Source: Octopus bimaculoides (taxonomy: Eukaryota). From it: a stretch of 38,753 bases of DNA. The stretch is taken from positions 59,445,306 through 59,484,058 of the forward strand of contig NC_068981.1 in NCBI RefSeq assembly GCF_001194135.2, written 5' to 3'. The first letter of the stretch is position 1. Each line of letters starts with the position of its first letter. Positions 11,091 to 22,208 of this stretch are shown piece by piece. Below the pieces are notes generated by a model that worked only from the letters and a program-made list of their open reading frames with translations, searched no databases and had not been told where the DNA came from. Both the position numbers and the translations under genes were made by a program.

Positions 11091-13962
11091 TTGGTGTTTC
11101 GTGCCGAAAAATCTCAGCAATTATCAAACGTGCCACACGGGACGTTGCAGTCCTAATGATTGCTGTGAATTTAGGGCATGAAACCAATGGCAGCCTTGTT
11201 AACCCATATATATATATGTGTGTGTGTGTGCGCGCGTGTGCCTCTGTGTGTATGTTTATGCATGTATTTAGGTGCACGCTCGCGTGTATGTTATTATATC
11301 GGTATGCATGCCTGCCTTAAAAGTATCTTGCATAACATTTATAGGTATTAGCCAGTTGAAAAAAAAAAAGAAAAAGAAAACACTTCGTCGTCAGCTGGAG
11401 AATATAAGGTTTCAATAACTTCCTGCATTGTCATTCCTGTGTTGAATGGTAACATGACCCTATAAGTTGTTGCATTGCTCCAACGCAGCTGTGTTTCAGC
11501 AGATTAGAATAAATGCATTCTAGACGTAATGGGCTTTGGACTATATGAACTAAACTGTCATTTGTTTTTTTTTTTTACAGATATTACAGTATGATATTCT
11601 GGTTTTTATATTTCATTATCAGTAATGAATGTAGAAAACTGAAACAAATTGACCACAGAGAAAATTTGAAATATATATATATATATATGCTTAGACAAAA
11701 TCAAGAAATTACTCTGAAGAGAAATGCCTCTAGGTAAATATAGATTACTATGTATAAGAAAAAGTGAGAATCACTGATAATTATAATAATAAAATATTTT
11801 ATAGTCTTTCCATTTAGCAGTTTAGCTCATATTTATTACACATAAAATATTAACTTCCATTCTAATTCTCTTTAGATTATATGTTAGTAGCTGACAATAT
11901 TATAAATATATTTGATATTTCATATTATTTTATTTATTTTTAATATATATTCCACCAGAATATATATACATACGTACACACACGTACACGCACGCACGCG
12001 CGCACACAGATACACTCACATCCATACATGCATATNNNNNNNNNNNNNNNNNNNNNNNNNNNNNNNNNNNNNNNNNNNNNNNNNNNNNNNNNNNNNNNNN
12101 NNNNNNNNNNNNNNNNNNNNNNNNNNNNNNNNNNNNNNTGCCTTAATCATTTATTTTATCATTCACAATCAACTTTTTGTAAGTTGAATATATTATAAAA
12201 CTATTAATATTTATAAAAAGAAATATTTCGGAATAAATGTATATGACTGCCTGTCAATCAAACCTAGTGCAAAACCAAGGTTTCTTTTGTGTTAAATGTT
12301 AACGGAGAATCAAAATAGATATTTTCACATTCCATTCCAATGATATTCATTAAAAAAATCTAAAATCATATAAATTCCTTTAGATATAACTTTACAGAGT
12401 AACATTTCTTTCGGAATTTCTATAATAATTTAAATTTGTTTAAGACACATGTTTACACCCACACATGCAATACACACACACAGACACACAAAAACACACG
12501 CACACACACACACACCACACACGCACAAACGTAAAAAGCAAGTTGGAATCTGTTCATATTGGCAATGATATTCAGTTAAAAAAAAGCGAAAGAGACATGA
12601 ATATGAAGAGATAACATTTTAGAATACAGAAATAGTGACGCGAGAGAGGAAATACGCTATCTATACAAAATTTCAGTTTTTGCTTTCTCTTCTGTTTTCT
12701 TTCGGAATATTTATCGAAAAACTACTTTTATATTTGTATTGTACTTTATCTAATTTACTAGATAATAATTCCAGATGCAGTTGGTTTATTTGGTATGTAG
12801 GAACAACCTATAAACAAATCCACTGATGATTCTAAGTATAAAAGTAGCATAATTAATAACCTTTACTAGTTCTTGGACATGAATACTGTAAAGAAGATGT
12901 ACAAATTTACAAAGAAAGGATGACGTGATACTTGAATGCTTTAAACACTATCACATAACATTTGAGTTTGAAAGAAACAAGCAATGAATGATATCATGTG
13001 AAACACTAAGTGATATGGTAGCTACAGTAAATTTATATAATCAGTTTTGAATGTTTAACCTAATTTAATAGTTAAACTCTAGCAGCTCTAGGTTTCAGCT
13101 ATAATCTTAACTTTCTTTCTTTAAGTTGATTATCTACCCTGACTCTGTATCAGTCATAAATACATATGCATCGGAATATTTCTTTATTTCTATTGGAGCA
13201 TATAAAATATCACAAACCACATTACCTTGTATCTATTTTGGAACTGCAATATTTTATTACTTTTAATATCATACAGGTTATGGAAGGATTTGTTTTAGGT
13301 ATTCCCACCAAAGCCTCACTGCTCGTCACATAATGAAAATTATATAACTGATTGACTTTTCTTTCGACGGATGGAAAGTGAAACAACACTTTCTAGCTGA
13401 TAATAACTTATGTAGATGCATTCTTTAAAAAAAACTGCTTAGGTAGAAACCTTTTAACTCGTATGCCACAGAAAAAGACCTGAGAAATACTATAAGCCTA
13501 ATTCGGATACGAAGTACTAAATTTTAGTCTAACGCTTTATTCTGTTCAAACTTCACTTCAAAACGTATGGCATATTTTTTGAAGTGAAATTTCAACGTTT
13601 TTAATTTTTTTTTCTTCTTCTCAATCATATTAGACAAATATACTAGTAAAAAGACTTCTATTGTTTATGAAAAGCGTAGCATATTTCAAAATTGCTAAGA
13701 TATCAAAAGACATTTGTGCAAAAGCACAACTTCAGTGGAAAAACTGTAGTTATTATTATTGATTTCTGCTATTTAATATTTGAGAACTCTATTTCTCTGT
13801 TGTGGAAAACATTTGAAAATATTTTCTGAATTACATAAATCATATTAAGAAACTAAACACTTTATCCGAATAAAAGTCGATGCAAAAAATATATAAGGTA
13901 AAATGATCTAACAGCTTCACTTAGTTTTGTTATAATTTTCTTTTTTCTTCATTTATGAACAG

Positions 13963-13993
13963 AACATGTAGAATTCAATCTATACTATAGTTT
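13963..13993 (+). CDS. Candidate 31-nt micro-exon ((E)HVEFNLYYS(L))
   Basis: Long polypyrimidine tract plus AACAG acceptor, GTGAGT donor, only one open frame (phase 1 to 2). Confidence 0.35.
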
Positions 13994-14233
13994 GTGAGTA
14001 AAATATTTTCTACAAAATATTTTTAGCTTCTCAACTGGTTATGAATTGTTAATATAGGAATCGGTGAAATGTTTTACATGAAGTTTTCATGTACCCGCAC
14101 AACTTTGATGTTTGTAATTGTGAAGAGAAATTCTATCGAAGCAGCTGAGGCAGTTAATAATAGGATGTCCGTAAAAAAATTTAACCAAAATAAATTTCTA
14201 AGTAGCCATGTATTTAGTGCATTTGATTTCTAG

Positions 14234-14318
14234 GTCTCTAACAAATGATAATGGAGAAACCTATCTCATCACTTCAGATAAAACACCTATTCTAATATTC
14301 ATGCAACTTGAATTAAAA
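14234..14318 (+). CDS. Candidate exon (SLTNDNGETYLITSDKTPILIFMQLELK), phase-compatible with 13963-13993
   Basis: ttgatttctag acceptor; phase-2 start matches the upstream exon; weak GTACTA donor. Confidence 0.25.
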
Positions 14319-14391
14319 GTACTAATGTTGAAATAAAAACGACACTTGAAATATACAGGAAAGAAGTTGAAACGTCATTCATGCAGGTGTG

Positions 14392-14394
14392 AAA

Positions 14395-14429
<35 letters not shown>

Positions 14430-14499
14430 TCACTGCTTAGAATCGAACTCGGAATCTTGGGGTTAGTAGCCCGCTCTCTTAACCACTACGCCATATGCC
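14392..14499 (-). mobile_element. Short tRNA-derived SINE with (AAT)n tail
   Basis: Minus strand ggcatatggcgtagtggttaag (A-box) ... gagttcgattct (B-box) ... gacctg(aat)n. Confidence 0.85.
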
Positions 14500-14806
14500 C
14501 GTTTTGTAGTTTGCCTACTGTTATAGCGAAGGATTCTGCATCAATTTTGTATGTTTTACTGTTAGTGTTGGTACAGTATTCTCTCTCAGTTGTACTTAAC
14601 CATGATGCATTCAGCTTGAAATCCCTCTTTTTGTTCCAAAGTTTTGACCAGAATGATTGTAGAGCTTCTTGGATGGGAGCTTTCTTAATGGTAAAGTTTT
14701 CCTTCCTCATCTCTCCGTATAATGCTTGTGGGTTGGAAGCAAACATGCGATTGATACTGGCTCGTTCAAAAATTCGCATGCGATAGCGGAGTTTCTCGCT
14801 CATCAT
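14498..14806 (-). mobile_element. Dong/R4 LINE fragment (pre-RT region)
   Basis: NRMFASNPQALY...FWSKLW...NASWL...GKLQNG, the region just upstream of the KAPG motif. Confidence 0.8.
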
Positions 14807-14897
14807 GCTCAGTTCACGTTTTAAGGTAATGAGCGTGAAACTCCGCTATCGCATGCGAATGTTTGAATGAGCCAGTATCAATCGCATGTTTGCTTCC
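14735..14897. repeat. 69-bp inverted repeat with 25-nt spacer
   Basis: 14735-14803 vs reverse complement of 14829-14897: 66/69 identical. Confidence 0.95.
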
Positions 14898-15139
14898 GAA
14901 ACATTGTGTTAACAACAAACAAAATGAGGACAAATATCGTCAATTGTAAATAATGTAAATAGTGTCACATATTTTATTTGTACTTAAAAGCATATTCTAT
15001 TGAAGCCATGAATTAAATTCTATTAGTTCTAAGTTTCAATATCTCCGAAGTCCACTTTGTATTTCATACATTTTTATCCTTCATCTTTTCCTTGTTTCAG
15101 TCATTTGACCGCGCCATGCTGTAGCACCGCCTTGAAAGA

Positions 15140-15870
15140 CTAACAGTCAAACATACAAAATTGATTCAGAAACCTTCACTATAACACTAGGCAAACTACA
15201 GAACGGGAAGGCACCTGGAAGGGACTTAATAGTTGGATATCGGTACAAGAACCTGACATTTTATAGAAACCAGTTGATATGTATGTCCAAAGGGACTATG
15301 GAATGTCAGACCGATATACCAAATTAGCTTGCTACAGCAAGAACAAACCTTGTTGTCAGAAACGAATTCATCGAGATGGCAGAAAACTACAGACCCGTTG
15401 CTTGCCTAAATATTCTGTACAAACTGTACACAAGTTGCCTCAACCAATTCCTCCAGGACCATCGTGAGTCGAGGGACATTGTGAGTCGAAGGACATTGTG
15501 AGTCGAAGGACATTGTGAGTCGAAGGACATTGTGAGTCTAAGGACATTGTGAGTCTAAGGACAACTGCTTCAAAACTTCCAGCTTCTATTTCCAGACTAT
15601 GAATTCATATTCATACCAATAATAAATGGAACATTAGATTTTGTTAGTAAACGCTTAAAAGAGAATCTGGATAAACTGGGATTTTCAGAAAGAGAAATCG
15701 ACCTGCTAATTCGTACAAGTGCAATCTGTGAGTGGAAGAGTAAAAATATGCAAGACTATTCTCAAGTTCTAAATGTGAATTTGATTGTTAACTACATCCC
15801 AAAGATGGAACCTTTTTTTTTGTTGGAAATCGGCTCCCTCCTCGGGGTTTCCCAAAAATCTGCCCAGGGC
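15140..15870 (+). mobile_element. Internally deleted Dong/R4 LINE (RT N-terminus fused to RLE C-terminus and 3'UTR)
   Basis: KLQNGKAPGRD...NYRPVACLNILYKLYTSCLN, then the 17-bp array, then GQLLQNFQLLFPDYEF...ICKTILKF*. Confidence 0.85.
15464..15563. repeat. 17-bp minisatellite, about 6 copies (gtgagtcgaaggacatt)
   Basis: Units start at 15464, 15481, 15498, 15515, 15532 and 15549. Confidence 0.95.
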
Positions 15871-16229
15871 TGTTAAAAGGAAAATTCTATTTTACAAAAC
15901 TATTTTGTGGTTTAAATAACCACCCACCTATAATAAGCGCCCATAGGTAGCAATATAGAAGTAAAATATTTCACCCAGGAAAAACAAAGATATTCTCAAA
16001 AACCGTATTTATTTTATACAATTCCATTGAATTTCTATCGTTTCAGTTATCAGATATATAGACATAAAGAAACTGAAGCAGCCTTAAAAGAAGTAGCATA
16101 TTAAATATATTCTGAAGTTAGCAATGGATCTATTGAAAATGAAACAGTTGAAAACATGAATAGCAGCCTCGTATGAACAAATAATGTCCTTGGGCAGTTA
16201 TGGTAGAATAATAACCGAATAGCTTTAAG

Positions 16230-17585
16230 TTAAATGTCCCGAATTTCTTCATTTGTTGCTTGGCCATAATTCACATCAGAGCTAATTTCACTTACTTTTA
16301 TCTCATCTTTTTCTTCAATTTTGTCATTATATGCATCTGCTGCATTTACCTCAAGGCCAGACAAAACATCCCGTAAGCGTGAGTTTAAGAGGCTATGTTC
16401 TACAGTCTGTCCACGAGGAGCAATTCCACAACATTCAAAAGCACGCGTTATAGTTTCTTTATTTAAAGTGGCAACAGCTTGGATTACAAAGTTCACTATC
16501 TCTTGATAAGAAAGTTTTATGCGATATCCTTTATTTGTATACTCCTTTTTGCCATTTGAAAACCAATTCTCCCATTCAGCACGAAGGGCGTTCTTGAAGG
16601 ACCAATAATTGATACATCTAACGGCTGCAAGTAAGATGTGCTTTAGGAGGTATAAGTGTAAGGATTGTATTCCTACGTTTGAACACTTCTAGGAGCTCTG
16701 TTTTCTTGTGCACTGAGCATTCATCCATGAATAGCACTGAATTTTGAGCATGGAATAGTTGTACTGTTCTCTGCCCAAACACTTTGTCAGCCCACAGCTG
16801 CATGAGTTCATATGTAATTGATACCCTGTTGGAAACTAAGTAAATATTCTTTGGGACCTTGATTTCAGGCACGGTTTTCAATCCTTTAAGCTTAATCATT
16901 GTTTTCAACACCTTTCCTGCAGCATTTACACAAAACACAGCAGTAAAGCGAGCTTTGGTAGCACCACAGTGGCTAGCACCTACATTTTTATTGCCAACAA
17001 AGTCTATGGTTGTTGAACTCAACATGTCAACGTATACGGGTGTTTCATCCATATTATAAATCTGGTCAGCATCCTTATCTGCTGTTAATACTGGAATGCT
17101 ATCTAGATAGTCACTCGCGATTTGTGCCTTTTCACTAAGTGTTTTATTGTCTGTTTGACCAACATGTGTAATCTTTCTCACAGTCATTTTATTCCATTTC
17201 ATGAAATTGAAAATCCATTTATCAGAACATCTAAAGTTGTTCATTTCAATTCCAAACCTTTTTACCAATTCAAAAGTATATTCCCGTAAACGGCGATAAT
17301 TTACAAATATATTGTTTGCACGCTGAACAACAATCCATTGTAAGAGTTCAATCTCTAGATCTCTATGTGCTGGTCTTCTACCTCCAACAATTGATCTGCA
17401 CCTCGTCTTGTCTGACATATTGATTAACTCAGTTTCTTTTGTGCACCATTCTCTCAGTCGTTTCTATCAATACCTAAGTCTCCTGACGCAGCAGAATGTT
17501 CTTTCACTCGTTTAATAGCACTCAATTTTTCACTAATGGTATATGATCGTTGAATACATTTTGAAATATTTTCTTTCGACTCCAT
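16230..17585 (-). pseudogene. pogo-family (Tc1/mariner) transposase pseudogene, CENP-B HTH plus DDE_1, DD35D
   Basis: RSYTISEK start; GGRRPAH..LE..L..WI HTH; FRCSDKWIFNF; catalytic YNMDET, LFMDECSVH, LQPLD (35-aa spacing after correcting a 1-bp frameshift); RAFECCGI. Two frameshifts. TIRs not found. Confidence 0.9.
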
Positions 17586-17704
17586 TATTGGGAATAAACT
17601 CCTTTGAATTTATCTACTACGTAGAGCAAATGAACGTCTAAACAGAATGCAAACAAGATCACTAACTCTCTTTCAATTTTTAATCACAAATAACTGCACA
17701 TAGG

Positions 17705-17857
17705 CGATCTAATGGATGTTTCCGGGTTCAGTCCGTCTGCGTGACGCTTTGGGTAAGTGTCCTCTACTATAACCACGGCGGGCCGACCAATGCTTTCTGA
17801 GTGGACTTGGTAAACGGAAACTGGAAGAAGCCTGTCGTATGCATATATATATATGCA
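17705..17857 (+). mobile_element. 5'-truncated SINE
   Basis: gggttcagtcc B-box remnant, tgggtaagtgtcctcta core, gagtggacttggtaaacggaaactggaagaagcctgtcgt tail ending in (AT)n. Confidence 0.7.
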
Positions 17858-18268
17858 AAATAAGCAACAAGGATATCCAGAGGTGATGCAGTACGATCGT
17901 TTCACGCAACTCCATTTAATTGAACAATGCAATCATTACATCAATTTAAATGTAGAGCAATCGTCAGCTGCACAAAGACATAGAATTTAATTAAATTAAA
18001 ACAGATGGACACATTAGTATAATTTTACCTAAAATCTCAAAGAAGTTAAGGAGATAGACAAAGAACAAGCTGCCTTTCCTTCCACTTAGAAGCTACTAAG
18101 GTATCAGGAAGAAAACTTGTTACAGTTTTTGCTTGTCACTTTTATATAGGGTCAGTTTTAATTTATAGACTAGTTTCATCAAATCCTTGTATATCTAAGG
18201 CCGAGTCTGCCAGGGGTAGGACTGAGGGAATCGACAGAAATCATAGTGGTTATAGTCATAATTCACCT

Positions 18269-18693
18269 AGTTGCAATTGTAGGGTTATATCCCGCTGTCC
18301 GTTATTAGGCCAATGTCTTACCGAGAACGTAATATATAAATGTACTCTAATAACTACAAATAATAATTATATATACTTTGGATGTTCGATTAATTTTAAA
18401 CAACGTCTATACAACCACATGTCGTCTTTTAAACTTAAACCGAAGGCGAACTGTACGTCATTATCCAGTAAGATTTGGGAATTGAAGAAAAGTGGAACTG
18501 AGTTTATCCTCAAATAGGAAAAAGAAAAGCACAGCCTTATAAAAATAGTAGATATGGGTGTGAGCTGTGTTCTACGGAAACATATGATGTTTTTAAGCAT
18601 AAAGATAATGGCAACCTGATTAATAATCGATTAGACCTTAGGGTATCATGTGTACATAGTGTCACTCGTACCTTTAGATATTTTAGAAAGTAG
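18269..18693 (+). pseudogene. GIY-YIG endonuclease of a Penelope-like retroelement (Naiad-type Cys motifs), decayed; missed by the ORF track
   Basis: CNCRVISRCPLLGQCLTENVIYK...YFG...FKQRLYNH..SF...TSLSSKIWELK...LK*E (TAG at 18515 where Trp is expected), frameshift, AQPYK...CELCSTE...LINNRLDLRVSCVH...*. Confidence 0.85.
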
Positions 18694-18709
18694 CACTTAA
18701 TTGATCTTG

Positions 18710-20035
18710 TGATTTAAAACCTATAACGTTCCTCTTAGTTTAAAATCAGTGCATGATTTTGAATGTCTTACGGCATAAACATTCCTTTAGTTAATACAAG
18801 CTATTAGTCATTATAGATACTAGCTAAAAAAGTAAATAAACAATTTTTAGTTTTGAACACTTGATTTATTATACATTTTCTATAAATCTTCTCTATTGAT
18901 GTTACTCAGTTGTATATATACTTCATCATGATTTTTAGTGATTAAGCCATTTTATATCCTTTTCTATGGTATTCTACCCTACCTGATCATTTTAATTCTT
19001 TTTAATACTTTATAATTGATTTTAGATAAACCTAAATTTTTGTACCCCTATAAATTTATACTTAGCTTACATAAAACAATAGGGGTATCTTCTCAACTTA
19101 AAATTAAACTGCTTAGTGATTAGGCCATCTTTATTCCTTTTCTATGATACATTACCCTACCTGATCATTTTATTATTTTATAATAGCCTTTAATAAATCT
19201 AATCTTTGTACCCCTATTAAATCATACATAGCTTATATAAAACAATACGGGTATCTGCACAACTTAAAATAATTCAATTTAATTAAATTAGTTTATGGTT
19301 AACATGTTCTTTAGCTTCAGTGCTCCTTTATTAAATACCAATTAAATTCCAATTGATCAATCTCCACAGATACCATGTAATAAGTTAATATTTAGATAAA
19401 TAATAAGTATATTATACTCTTTCTATGTAAGTTTCTTTTCTCTCTCTATTGTGGTAAAATGTGGTATATAGTCAAAAGTATTCATAGAAGTTTTACCCTT
19501 TTGTTATAATATCATTCTTAGTAATCTTCTTGACTATCCTAAACTTTAACTTTATACAATAAGGCAATATTGTTTGAAATGATCTTTAGAAGTTACTTGA
19601 TTTATCCCTTTATTAAAGTGCTCTACCCTCCTGATATTAGTATTTATAAGGGCATTTATATAAGCAGCCCTTCTAATTAAATACTCCTAAGAAATTAAAT
19701 ATATCATGTATGGAGTTACAATAATAACTTCTAAAACCTATAATATAACCTTAAGTTTTAGTGTAAGATTAGAATGTCCCATAGCATAAATATTCCCTTA
19801 GCTAATACTAAGTATTAGTCTTTATTGATACTAGCTATATAAGTAAATATATAATTTTTAGTTTAGCATATTTTGAATTATTATACATCTTCTATATATC
19901 TTCTCTATTGTGGTTAATATGCTACATATACTTTATCATGTTTTTAGTGATTAAACTATTTTATTCATTTTCTATGGTGTTCAGCCCTACCTGATTATTT
20001 TATTTCTTTATTATTTTATAATAGCCTTTATTTAT
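18710..20035. repeat. Degenerate higher-order tandem array downstream of the PLE endonuclease
   Basis: Motif (ta)ccct(a)cctgat at 18975, 19153, 19624 and 19985; ttagtgatta at 18935, 19113 and 19944; block 18710-18995 aligns with 19730-20005. Confidence 0.85.
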
Positions 20036-20042
20036 TATTTCT

Positions 20043-20068
20043 TGAGAGAGAGAGGAGAGAGAGAGAAA

Positions 20069-20108
<40 letters not shown>

Positions 20109-20170
20109 GGAGAAAGGGGAAGAGAGTAAGAGAGAGTGAAAGAAAGGGGAAGGTGTGTGAGACGGGGAGA
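20043..20170. repeat. (GA)n purine-rich microsatellite
   Basis: Visible. Confidence 0.9.
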
Positions 20171-21368
20171 GTATGTGTTTGTTAGTGACAAGTTGTGCGA
20201 TGGCATAAAAGCATGGTATCAACGACAATAACGCAGTGTACACCAAACGATGTTTCACTTCACCTGAAGTCAGAGCGCTATGCAGAAATAGACAGTCGAG
20301 GAAACTGATGTACTAGTACTTCATTTTGCCAATCTTCGAAACGATGAAAGGGTATATTGACGTCTGGAGGATTTGAATTCAGAACGTAAAAAGCTGGAAC
20401 AAATTGTACCTGCTAAAATAATTAAAATCTCCCTTAAAATATATATATTTCCTCAATATCTTATCGCGTAAGGCTGGCACTACAGTGGCGAAATGAGCTC
20501 AGTAAGTGCTAAATTTCTAAACTAATTTCAGTAAAATTAATGTAACTTCATATCAAATGCACATTTTAATTATACATTTGAAACAGACAAAAGGTTTAAT
20601 TCAAAATTTATCTATACGCTCCGTAAATCTGAGACTTTATGGAAAAACGAAAATTGGAAACTGTCATGTCAGGAAAAAAAGGANNNNNNNNNNNNNNNNN
20701 NNNNNNNNNNNNNNNNNNNNNNNNNNNNNNNNNNNNNNNNNNNNNNNNNNNNNNNNNNNNNNNNNNNNNNNNNNNNNNNNNNNNNNNNNNNNNNNNNNNN
20801 NNNNNNNNNNNNNNNNNNNNNNNNNNNNNNNNNNNNNNNNNNNNNNNNNNNNNNNNNNNNNNNNNNNNNNNNNNNNNNNNNNNNNNNNNNNNNNNNNNNN
20901 NNNNNNNNNNNNNNNNNNNNNNNNNNNNNNNNNNNNNNNNNNNNNNNNNNNNNNNNNNNNNNNNNNNNNNNNNNNNNNNNNNNNNNNNNNNNNNNNNNNN
21001 NNNNNNNNNNNNNNNNNNNNNNNNNNNNNNNNNNNNNNNNNNNNNNNNNNNNNNNNNNNNNNNNNNNNNNNNNNNNNNNNNNNNNNNNNNNNNNNNNNNN
21101 NNNNNNNNNNNNNNNNNNNNNNNNNNNNNNNNNNNNNNNNNNNNNNNNNNNNNNNNNNNNNNNNNNNNNNNNNNNNNNNNNNNNNNNNNNNNNNNNNNNN
21201 NNNNNNNNNNNNNNNNNNNNNNNNNNNNNNNNNNNNNNNNNNNNNNNNNNNNNNNNNNNNNNNNNNNNNNNNNNNNNNNNNNNNNNNNNNNNNNNNNNNN
21301 NNNNNNNNNNNNNNNNNNNNNNNNNNNNNNNNNNNNNNNNNNNNNNNNNNNNNNNNNNNNNNNNNNNN

Positions 21369-21974
21369 AAAATGGTGCCTGTACATCAATATGAAGCAGC
21401 GTAATGAATGGAATAGCATAGCCCCGGTAAACAAGTGACATCGCGTGTGAAACAAGATCTTCCTCCGCGTAAAACGATGTTGTGCGTATGGTGGGACTGG
21501 GAAGGGATCATCCATTACGAATTGCTTGAACGGAACCAAGCGGTCAACGCGGAACTCTAGAGAAAAGACCGAATCGGCAGCATCGAATTCTTCTGCTGCA
21601 CGGCAACGCCCGGCCTCATATCGCCAACATGACCACAGAAGCCATTCAAACGCATGGCTGGGAAGTGCTGTCACATCTGCCGCTTTCTCTTGATTTGGCA
21701 CCAACGGATTTCCCCTCTCTCGACCTCTTTCAAATGCTATACGCGGAGTTTCGTTCAATACTGATGCAGAATTGAGAGCTTGGCTGGATCAATTTTTCGA
21801 GGCGAAATCGGGTGATTTCTGCCAACGTGGTGTTGAAAATCTTGTTGAACGTTTGGAAGAAGTTGTAAATAACAAGGGTGAATACATTATTGATTAATTA
21901 GTTGTTATTTTTTATTAAACGTTTAAAAAAATCTAAATACAAAGAACGGTGGGAACTTAGTTGCCAACCCAATA
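21369..21974 (+). mobile_element. Mariner (DD34D-type) transposon, 3' half with right TIR; 5' part hidden in the gap
   Basis: KWCLYIN, MLCVWWDWEGIIHYELL, HGNARPH (D to G), DLAPTDF, KGEYIID*; ends ...gaacttagttgccaacccaata followed by TA. Confidence 0.92.
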
Positions 21975-22118
21975 TATGTATTTATCTCATTCTATTCATG
22001 TTACAAGTTTTTTAGACAAAAGTTTCAAATCTAGTGACAAAACGTCTCCAGTTATATATATATATATATAAATAAACTCCTTTACGTTTTAAAATCCCTC
22101 CAGTTATATATATATATA

Positions 22119-22121
<3 letters not shown>

Positions 22122-22208
<87 letters not shown>
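22122..22208. repeat. (GA)n microsatellite
   Basis: Visible. Confidence 0.95.

Noticed and set aside
15464-15563. CRISPR-like array
   Set aside because: Units are contiguous with no spacers, there are no cas genes, and the context is eukaryotic.
17912-17923. TGA conserved between two diverged copies and in frame with the PLE EN (possible selenocysteine)
   Set aside because: The better frame reads it as att-gaa/att-gat (I-E/D); other stops intervene; a third copy has GGA.
18745-18800. SECIS-like ATGA...AA hairpin after the PLE stop
   Set aside because: ATGA-to-AA spacing and the 3' GA pairing do not fit, and the EN has no in-frame TGA.
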